From an uncultured Gemmatimonas sp. (lineage in GTDB: Bacteria; Latescibacterota; UBA2968; SICM01): DNA of 55,985 nt. The position numbers and the translations under genes were made by a program. The notes beneath the pieces are model-generated. The model saw nothing but the letters and a program-made list of their open reading frames with translations. It was not told where the DNA came from and did not search any database. Location of the stretch: assembly GCA_964428665.1 (NCBI GenBank), contig CAYRZX010000003.1, forward strand, positions 2,114 to 58,098. The letters run 5' to 3'. Below, in pieces: positions 16,298 through 23,291 of the stretch. How positions within the stretch are numbered: position 1 is the first letter of the stretch; every line of letters starts with the position of its first letter.

Positions 16298-19200
16298 ATG
16301 AAAGTCACACGCATTGCCATAGAGCGCCCGGCGCTGATCGTGATGGTCTTCTCCGCGCTGGCGGTCCTGGGGGTCTACAGCGCCCTCAGCCTCGGCGTGG
16401 ACCTGCTGCCGGACGTGGACATCCCGACCGTGCTGGTGACGACCGTCTATCCGGGGGCCGGGCCGAAGGAGATCGAGACGAGCGTGGCCAAGCCGATCGA
16501 GGAGGCGGTCGTGGCCATCAACCGGGTGAAGAACGTGCGCTCCTTTTCGTCGGAGGGGGTCTCCCTGGTGATGGTGGAGTTCTCGATGGGCGCCCGGATC
16601 GACGACGCGGCCGCGGAGGTGCAGCGGAAGGTGGACGCGACCCGCCACAGGCTCCCGAAGGACGCGGAGACCCCCACGGTGTCCAAGGTCGGGATCAAGG
16701 ACCTGCCGGTCCTCCGCATCTCGCTGACCGGGGACCTCCCGCCAAAACAGCTCTACCAGCTCGCCAAGGACCGGGTCAAGCCCGCCCTGGAGCGGCTGGA
16801 GGGGGTCGGCCTGGTGACGCTCGTGGGCGGCGAGGAGCGGGAGGTGCGGGTGGAGGTGGACCTGGACCGACTGAGGGCCTACAACCTCTCCATCCTGCAG
16901 GTCTCGCAGGCCCTGGCCAGGGAGAACCTGGACTTCCCGGCGGGAAAGGTGGACGAGCGCCAGCGGGAGTACATCGTCCGCCTCTCCGGGCAGTTCCGGA
17001 CCCTGGACGAGATGGGGCGCATCGCCGTGGCCTCCACGCCGGGGGGGACGGTCTACCTCAAGGACGTGGCGGAGGTCCGGGACGGGGTCAAGGAGAATAA
17101 GGAGCGCAGCCGGCTGAACCGCCAGCCCTCCATCGGCGTCCTGGTCCAGAAGCAGTCCGACGCCAACACGGTGGGCGTGAGCGAGCGGGTGCGCCGGGAG
17201 CTGGCGCGCCTGGAGAGGGCGCTGCCGGGGGGGGTCGCGTTCGTGGTGGCCCAGGACACGTCGGTCTTCACGAAGGACGCCGTGGACGAGCTGGAGCGGA
17301 ACATCGCCGAGGCCGTGCTGAGCGTGTCCCTGATGCTCCTGATCTTCCTGCACAGCTGGAGGAACGCCTTTATCGTGCTGCTGGCCATCCCGACGTCCCT
17401 CGTGTCCACGTTCATCATGATGTACGCCTTCGGGTTCACGATCAACCTGATGTCCCTGATGGGCCTGGCCCTCACCATCGGCATCCTGGTGGACGACTCC
17501 ATCGTCATCCTGGAGAACATCCACCGGCGTCTCGAAAAGGGGGAGGGGCCGAGGGAGGCCGCGCTGAACGGGCGGACGGAGGTCGGGTTTGCGGCGATGG
17601 CGATCACCCTGGTGGACGTGGTGGTGTTCCTGCCCGTGGCCCTGCTGACCGGCATCGTGGGGGACATCTTCCGGGAGTTTGCGGCGGTGATCGTGACGGC
17701 CACGCTGATGTCGCTGTTCGTGTCGTTCACGCTCACGCCGATGCTCGCCTCCCGCTGGTCGAGGCGGATGGAGAGGAGGGACGGGAGGGCGTGGGGCGCC
17801 CGGTTCGCGGCCCGGTGGGAGGGGGGGATGGAGCGGCTGAACGGGGGCTACCGCAGGCTGCTCGGCTGGGCGCTGGATCACCGGAAGGCGGTCCTCGCCG
17901 TCAGCGCCGGGACGCTGGTCGGCAGCCTGGCCCTGGTCCCGCTGCACGTGATCGGGACGGAGTTCATGACGCAGGTGGACCGGGGGGAGTTCTCCATCGC
18001 CCTGGAGATGCCGAGCGGCACGGCGCTGGAACAGATGGATCGGGCGGTCCGGAGGGTGGAGGAGGTCCTGTCCGGGACGCCGGAGGTGGAGCGGTTCTTC
18101 AGCACGGTCGGGACGTCGGAGGAGGGCATCCTGAACTCGCAGGCGTCCCACCTGGCGCAGATTCAGGTCCATCTCGTCGGGCGGGCGGAGCGGCGGCGGT
18201 TCACGGAGGAGGAGGTGGAGGGATTGAAGGCGGCGGTGGCGCAGGTTCCGGGCCTGAAGGGGCGCGCCAACTTCATCGGCATCTTCGGGACGGCGGACGA
18301 CACGCCGATCTTCATCGAGGTGAAGGGGCAGAATCTGGAGGAACTGGTGAAGGTGGCCGCGGAGGTGGAGGCGCGCACCGCGCGGACGCCGGGCGCGACG
18401 GACATCAAGAGTTCGTGGGAGGAGGGGAGGCCGGAGGCGCGGGTGGAGCTCGACCGGGAGAAGGCCGCGCAGATGGGCCTGACCCTCGGCGAGGTGGCCC
18501 TGGCGCTGCGCACGGCCTTTGAGGGGGATGTGGCCACGCAGTTCCGGGACGGGGAGACGGAGGTGGACGCGCGGGTGATCGCGCGCAAGCTGAACCGCTC
18601 CAGCGTGGAGGACGTGGGGCGGATGTCCTTCCTGAACCCCGCGGGGCAGCAGGTGGAGCTGAGGCAGATCGCCCGCGTGTACCAGGGCTCCGGCCCCACG
18701 AAGATCCAGCGTAAGAACCGGGAGCGCTCGATCACCATCCAGTCGAATCTGTCGGGCAGGCCCCTGGGCGACGTGGTGCGGGACCTGCGCACCTCCTTCT
18801 CGGAAATGAAGCTCCCGGAGGGGGTGACGATCTTCTTCGCCGGGGACGCGGAGATGCAGGAGGAGACATTCACGAAGCTCTTCACCGCCCTCCTCCTGGG
18901 CATCGTGTTTGTCTACATGATCATGGTCGCCCTGTTCGAGTCCTACCTCCACCCGTTCACGATCATGTTCTCCCTGCCCGTGGCGGTCGTGGGGGCGCTG
19001 GGGGGGCTGGCGCTGACCGGCAAGACGCTCAACATGTTCTCGATGATCGGGGTGATCATGCTCGTGGGCCTCGTCACCAAGAATGCCATCCTCCTGGTGG
19101 ACTACACGAACCACCTCCGGGGGCGCGGCCTCGGGGCGCGGAAGGCGCTCCTGGAGGCAGGCCCGGCGCGCCTCCGGCCCATCATCATGACCACGCTGAC

Positions 19201-19426
19201 GCTCATCCTGGGCATGCTCCCCCTGGCCCTGAGCCTGGGGCCGGGCACGGAGATGCGCTCCGGCATGGCCGTGGTCCTGATCGGGGGCCTGACCACCTCG
19301 ACCCTGCTGACGCTCGTGCTCGTGCCGGTGGTCTACACGATGATGGAAGAGTTGAGGGTGAAGGTCCCGGCCCTGCTCGGGCGTCGGGCGAAGGCCGGGG
19401 AGACGGCGTCGGAGGCGGCGGATTAG
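16298..19426 (+). CDS. Efflux RND transporter permease (AcrB/HAE1 family)
   Basis: 1042 aa with 12-TM AcrB architecture and typical N-terminus MKVTRIAIERPALIVMVF. Confidence 0.95.
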   Translation: MKVTRIAIERPALIVMVFSALAVLGVYSALSLGVDLLPDVDIPTVLVTTVYPGAGPKEIETSVAKPIEEAVVAINRVKNVRSFSSEGVSLVMVEFSMGARIDDAAAEVQRKVDATRHRLPKDAETPTVSKVGIKDLPVLRISLTGDLPPKQLYQLAKDRVKPALERLEGVGLVTLVGGEEREVRVEVDLDRLRAYNLSILQVSQALARENLDFPAGKVDERQREYIVRLSGQFRTLDEMGRIAVASTPGGTVYLKDVAEVRDGVKENKERSRLNRQPSIGVLVQKQSDANTVGVSERVRRELARLERALPGGVAFVVAQDTSVFTKDAVDELERNIAEAVLSVSLMLLIFLHSWRNAFIVLLAIPTSLVSTFIMMYAFGFTINLMSLMGLALTIGILVDDSIVILENIHRRLEKGEGPREAALNGRTEVGFAAMAITLVDVVVFLPVALLTGIVGDIFREFAAVIVTATLMSLFVSFTLTPMLASRWSRRMERRDGRAWGARFAARWEGGMERLNGGYRRLLGWALDHRKAVLAVSAGTLVGSLALVPLHVIGTEFMTQVDRGEFSIALEMPSGTALEQMDRAVRRVEEVLSGTPEVERFFSTVGTSEEGILNSQASHLAQIQVHLVGRAERRRFTEEEVEGLKAAVAQVPGLKGRANFIGIFGTADDTPIFIEVKGQNLEELVKVAAEVEARTARTPGATDIKSSWEEGRPEARVELDREKAAQMGLTLGEVALALRTAFEGDVATQFRDGETEVDARVIARKLNRSSVEDVGRMSFLNPAGQQVELRQIARVYQGSGPTKIQRKNRERSITIQSNLSGRPLGDVVRDLRTSFSEMKLPEGVTIFFAGDAEMQEETFTKLFTALLLGIVFVYMIMVALFESYLHPFTIMFSLPVAVVGALGGLALTGKTLNMFSMIGVIMLVGLVTKNAILLVDYTNHLRGRGLGARKALLEAGPARLRPIIMTTLTLILGMLPLALSLGPGTEMRSGMAVVLIGGLTTSTLLTLVLVPVVYTMMEELRVKVPALLGRRAKAGETASEAAD

Positions 19427-19558
19427 AAGGCGGAAGACGGAAGGCGGTCCCTCGATACGCCCCTTCGGGGCTACTCGGGACAGACGGAACCGTATTCCCC
19501 GAGTAGCGAACGGAGTGAGCGTATCGAGGGGAAGGCGGAAGGCGGAAGGGCGTGAAGG
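19427..19558. repeat. Direct heptamer arrays (AAGGCGG/GAAGGCG) flanking an 82-nt multi-stem core
   Basis: Arrays at 19427-19447 and 19531-19558. Core at 19449-19530: a 12-bp outer stem, a CCC-TTCG-GGG hairpin and a 9-bp CTACTCGGG/CCCGAGTAG stem. Confidence 0.7.
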
Positions 19559-19572
19559 CCGGAAAAATGTCC

Positions 19573-19601
19573 TTGTAAGTTCTTGTAACAGGGCCTATAT
19601 T
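19573..19601 (+). promoter_or_regulatory. sigma70-type promoter TTGTAA-17-TATATT
   Basis: The -10 ends 10 nt before the GT2 ATG, which implies a leaderless or near-leaderless mRNA. Confidence 0.65.
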
Positions 19602-19611
19602 AGACCTCATC

Positions 19612-20544
19612 ATGTCAACCGTCTCCATCATCGTCGTCAACCACAACACCCGTGACCTGCTCCGGGACTGCCTCCGCTCTGTCCGGGCGGAGGCCGCCGG
19701 GCTTCCGGCGGAGACGGTCGTCGTGGACAACGCCTCCTCCGATGGCAGCGCGGCGATGGTCCGGGCGGAGTTCTCCGAGGTCCGCCTGATCGAGAGCCCC
19801 TCCAACCTCGGCTTCTCGAAGGCCAACAACGCCGGCCTCCGGGCCTCCTCCTCCCCCTACGTCCTGCTCCTCAACAGCGACGCCCGGCTCCGCCCCGGCG
19901 CGCTCCGGGCGATGGTCTCGTTCATGGAGGCCCACCCCGACGCCGGGGTCGTCGGCCCCCGGCTCCTCAGCGCGGACGGCTCCCTCCAGCTCTCCTGCGG
20001 CATTCCGCCCACGCCCTGGACCGAGGTCTGCAACAAGCTTCTCCTCCACATCCCGTTTCCGTTCTTCAAGATGGGCGACTGGGCGCACGACCGGGTCCGG
20101 GAGGTGGGGTGGGTGACCGGGGCCTGCCTCCTCGCCCGCCGGGCGATGCTCGACCGGATCGGCCTGTTAGACGAGGGGATGTTCATGTACTACGAGGACC
20201 TGGACCTCTGTTTCCGGGCGCGGCGGGCCGGGTGGAAGGTCTGCTATCTCCCGGACGCCCAGGCCGTCCACCTGGGCGGCGCCACCTCGCGGGGTGCCTT
20301 CGGCCCGATGCTCGTCGCCAGCGGACGGAGCAGTTTCTACTTCTTCCGCAAGCACTACGGGGACGGCGCGGTTCGCCTTCTGCGCCTCATCACCCTGCCG
20401 GAGATGGCCCTCCGCTCGGCCCTCTGGGGGGCCCTGGCCGTCCTGTCGCTCCGCCGGCGCGCGGAGGCCCGCGAGCGCCTCGTCGCCTACCGGACCATTC
20501 TCTGGCGCACCCTCACCGACCGGAGCTACTGGCGCCCGGCGTAA
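19612..20544 (+). CDS. Glycosyltransferase family 2
   Basis: VSIIVVNHNTRDLLRDCLRSV...VVDNASSDGS, DxD region, GT-A fold pattern. Confidence 0.85.
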   Translation: MSTVSIIVVNHNTRDLLRDCLRSVRAEAAGLPAETVVVDNASSDGSAAMVRAEFSEVRLIESPSNLGFSKANNAGLRASSSPYVLLLNSDARLRPGALRAMVSFMEAHPDAGVVGPRLLSADGSLQLSCGIPPTPWTEVCNKLLLHIPFPFFKMGDWAHDRVREVGWVTGACLLARRAMLDRIGLLDEGMFMYYEDLDLCFRARRAGWKVCYLPDAQAVHLGGATSRGAFGPMLVASGRSSFYFFRKHYGDGAVRLLRLITLPEMALRSALWGALAVLSLRRRAEARERLVAYRTILWRTLTDRSYWRPA

Positions 20545-20549
20545 AAGAA

Positions 20550-20574
20550 AAGGCGAAGGGCGAAAGGCGAAAGG
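20550..20574. repeat. Heptamer repeat AAGGCGA AGGGCGA AAGGCGA
   Basis: Tandem 7-mers immediately after the GT2 stop. Confidence 0.7.
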
Positions 20575-20635
20575 AAAAAATAGAGGCGCGGCGTCCGCAT
20601 TTCCCCTCCAGGGGTCGTTAAACCACCGCTGCCCC

Positions 20636-21601
20636 ATGTCCGACCATCTGATTCTCCCATTTCTGATCTCCCTCCTCATCGCTGCCCTTCTGACCCCCCT
20701 TGCCGGCCGCCTCGCCGTGCGTCTTGGCCGGGTCAGCCTCCCCAACCCGTGCGTGGACGGCCATACGAGGGCCACGCCCTACCTGGGCGGCCTGGCCGTC
20801 TTCTGCGCCGTCCTGCCGTTTCTGATGTCCTCAAAAGAGGTGGGCTGGGCCTCCGGCGCGGTCGGGATGATGCTGGTGGGGCTGGTGGATGATTTTTTCG
20901 TCCTCTCCCCTGTGCGGAAGCTGATCGGACAGGCGGGCGCCGGGGCAGTGACGGTCGCGTGTGGCCTCCGTCTCGACCTGTCGGGCTTTTTCCCCCTCGA
21001 CGCTGCGCTGACTGTCCTCTGGTTGATGACCGTCGCGAACGCCTTCAACGTCATCGACATGATGGATGGCCTGTCCGCCGGCGTCGGAGGGATCGCCGGC
21101 CTCGGGTTCGCCGTCGCGCTGGTCTACCTCGGCCCGGCCGATTCCGCGTCCGTTGCGGCGGCCCTGGGTGGAGGGTTGTTCGGGTTTCTGATCCACAACT
21201 TTCATCCCGCCCGAATCTTTATGGGCGATACCGGGAGCCTCTTTGCCGCGGCGCTCCTCGGCAGCCTGGCCGTGACGCTGCAACGGGGAGGCGCAGGGGT
21301 CGCCGGCCTCCTCCTGCTCGGCCTTCCTCTGTTCGAGGCGCTCTTCTTAGTTGTCGTGCGGACGCGGCAGGGACGCCCGTGGTACCGGGCCAGCCGGGAC
21401 CACACCGCGCAGCGCCTGGTGCAGGCCGGATGCTCCATCCGGGGCGCGGTCCTGGCCCTGTATGCCGCCGCCCTCCTCTGCGCCGTCGTCGCGGTGTCCA
21501 TCCTGCGCCAGCCGCCGCGGGTCTCTTACCTCGCCGCCGGGGCGTTCGTCGGGGTCGGCCTGCTCGCAGGATGGGGGCTGGCGAAGGTGAAGATGGAGTA
21601 G
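20636..21601 (+). CDS. Polyprenyl-phosphate N-acetylhexosamine-1-phosphate transferase (MraY/WecA family, GT4 of the PNPT superfamily)
   Basis: MSDHLILPFLISLLIAALLTP..., VGLVDDF, NAFNVIDMMDGL, FMGDTGS motifs. The upstream part of track ORF 20294.. is a shadow. Confidence 0.8.
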   Translation: MSDHLILPFLISLLIAALLTPLAGRLAVRLGRVSLPNPCVDGHTRATPYLGGLAVFCAVLPFLMSSKEVGWASGAVGMMLVGLVDDFFVLSPVRKLIGQAGAGAVTVACGLRLDLSGFFPLDAALTVLWLMTVANAFNVIDMMDGLSAGVGGIAGLGFAVALVYLGPADSASVAAALGGGLFGFLIHNFHPARIFMGDTGSLFAAALLGSLAVTLQRGGAGVAGLLLLGLPLFEALFLVVVRTRQGRPWYRASRDHTAQRLVQAGCSIRGAVLALYAAALLCAVVAVSILRQPPRVSYLAAGAFVGVGLLAGWGLAKVKME

Positions 21602-21604
21602 CGT

Positions 21605-23191
21605 TTGAGGTTTGTCTTGGACAGCTCCCTCACCGGCCGCGTCGCAAGAGGCATCTCCTGGACCGGGGCCGTTCAGGTGGCGGACCACCTTGTCACCGTC
21701 GCCGCGCTGACCCTTCTGGCCCGTCTCCTCCGCCCCGCGGACTTCGGGGCGCAGGCCCTGGCGGCGACGGTCGTCGGTCTGATCCTCATGGTCGGCGACC
21801 TCGGCCTCGGCGCCGCCCTGATTCAGGCCCCGGCCCTGCGACGGGCCGACGTCCGGAGGGCCTCCGCCCTCTGCGCCGGCGCCGGCCTCGCCTGGGGCGG
21901 CCTCGCCTTTGCGCTCTCGCCCTGGATCAGCCGGGCGTTCCAGGGCGGGGAGGAGGTCCGCGACCTGGTCCGGGTCCTTTCGCTCTGCGCCCTCCTCCAC
22001 CCGGCAGGCGCGGTCCCCCGCGCCCTGATGACGCGGGACCTGGACTTTCGCCGCCTGGCCCTGATCGACGCGGCGTCGGCGTTCGCCTCCGCGACCGCGT
22101 CCGTGGCCCTGGCCCTCCACGGCGCAGGGGCGCAGAGCCTGGCCTGGGGCTACGTCGTGCGCGTGGCCCTGTCCTCCGGCCTGGCGTGGGTTGCCCCCCA
22201 CTCTCCCCCATTCCAAGCGGCAAAGCCCTGGGTACCCCCCACCCAACCTGTCGCTCCCATGAGGTCGCGACCCTCCTCCCTCTCCCCCACCTGTGGGGGG
22301 AGGGAGGGGGTTGGGGGGGGGGAAGGGGGGAGCCTTCTCCGCTTTGGCCTCCACGCCACGGGCGCGGGCCTTCTCAACTACCTCTCGGCCAGCGTGGACT
22401 ATCTCCTCGTCTGGCTCTACCTCGGCCCGACGGCCCTCGGCCTTTACTACTTAGCCTACCAGCTCGTCTCTTTCGTCCACTTCAGGGGGGTCTCGATCCT
22501 GCTCAGGGTTCTCCTCCCGACCTTCTCGGCCATTCAGGACGACCCGGAGCGCCTCCGACGCGCCTACCTCCGGGCTGTCCGGGGCATCGCCCTGTTCGCC
22601 TTCCCCGCCCTGGCGCTCCTCGGGGCCCTCGCCCGCGAGGCCGTGCCTGTCCTCTACGGGTCGGGAAAAGGGCCTGCGGTCCTGCTCGTGCAGGTCCTCT
22701 GCGTCCTGGGCATCGCCAAGGCCGTGGGCGGGGCCGTCGGCCCGGTGTTTCTGGCCAGGGGCCGGGCAGACATCGCCCTCCTCTGGAACGGCTTTGCCCT
22801 GGCCACCACGACCGTGGCCGTGGCCGCCGGCATCCCCTTTGGCGTGGAGGGGGTCGCGGCCGGCGTCAGTCTGAACGCCCTCCTGCTCCTGGCGGTCTCC
22901 GAGGGGGTCGTCCACCGGCTCATCCCCCTCGGCTTCCGGGCCTACCTGGCCGCGCAGGCGCCGGCCCTCCTCGCCGCGGGCTGCGCCGGGGTCGCCGCGG
23001 GCTGCGGGGTCGTCCTCATCCACCCGCACCTCTCTCCGGCTGCGGCCCTGATCGCGGGCGCCGCATTCGGGGCAGCGCTCTACGGGGCGTTGATCTGGAC
23101 CTTTCAACGAAAGGCCGTGTCAGAAGTGGCGGGATTCATCCGGGCCTGGAAGGGCGATGAGATGGAGGGGCACAAGGGCAACCCGGCCTGA
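21605..23191 (+). CDS. Polysaccharide flippase (Wzx-like, MOP superfamily) carrying an in-frame repeat insertion
   Basis: Multi-TM, LLARLLRPADFG..LIQ motif of Polysacc_synt_3. TTG start 3 nt after the upstream stop; the start call is uncertain. Confidence 0.75.
   Translation: MRFVLDSSLTGRVARGISWTGAVQVADHLVTVAALTLLARLLRPADFGAQALAATVVGLILMVGDLGLGAALIQAPALRRADVRRASALCAGAGLAWGGLAFALSPWISRAFQGGEEVRDLVRVLSLCALLHPAGAVPRALMTRDLDFRRLALIDAASAFASATASVALALHGAGAQSLAWGYVVRVALSSGLAWVAPHSPPFQAAKPWVPPTQPVAPMRSRPSSLSPTCGGREGVGGGEGGSLLRFGLHATGAGLLNYLSASVDYLLVWLYLGPTALGLYYLAYQLVSFVHFRGVSILLRVLLPTFSAIQDDPERLRRAYLRAVRGIALFAFPALALLGALAREAVPVLYGSGKGPAVLLVQVLCVLGIAKAVGGAVGPVFLARGRADIALLWNGFALATTTVAVAAGIPFGVEGVAAGVSLNALLLLAVSEGVVHRLIPLGFRAYLAAQAPALLAAGCAGVAAGCGVVLIHPHLSPAAALIAGAAFGAALYGALIWTFQRKAVSEVAGFIRAWKGDEMEGHKGNPA
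22193..22330. repeat. 138-bp C-arm/G-arm element inserted in frame in the Wzx-like gene
   Basis: Encodes APHSPPFQAAKPWVPPTQPVAPMRSRPSSLSPTCGGREGVGGGEGG. The DNA is homologous to the intergenic element 15024-15123 (CTCCCCCAT.CC..AAAGCCCT.G.TACCCCC, then CCCTCC..GGGAGGG hairpin). Confidence 0.75.
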
Positions 23192-23250
23192 CCGTCTGAG
23201 CGATCTTCGTCATTGATTTTCTTAGACGTAGGCGTTATATTTAAACGTTT

Positions 23251-23278
23251 TTGTCCAATTTGGCATCTCAGGTATAAA
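23251..23278 (+). promoter_or_regulatory. Candidate promoter TTGTCC-16-TATAAA
   Basis: AT-rich island (23200-23285) upstream of the AsnB-like gene. Confidence 0.5.
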
Positions 23279-23291
23279 TGAGAGGTTGGGC

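Noticed and set aside
16244-19114. 956-aa ORF antisense to the RND permease
   Set aside because: Low-complexity His/Arg/Pro/Gly composition. The opposite strand encodes an unmistakable AcrB-type protein. This is a typical high-GC antisense open frame.
19449-19530. tRNA or tRNA-like gene
   Set aside because: The stem lengths and order do not fit a cloverleaf. There is no T-loop GTTCRANYC and no CCA context.
20959-23160. 733-aa Pro/Arg/Gly-rich ORF spanning the WecA-like and Wzx-like genes
   Set aside because: It is an alternate frame of two membrane-protein genes, with extreme composition and no motifs.
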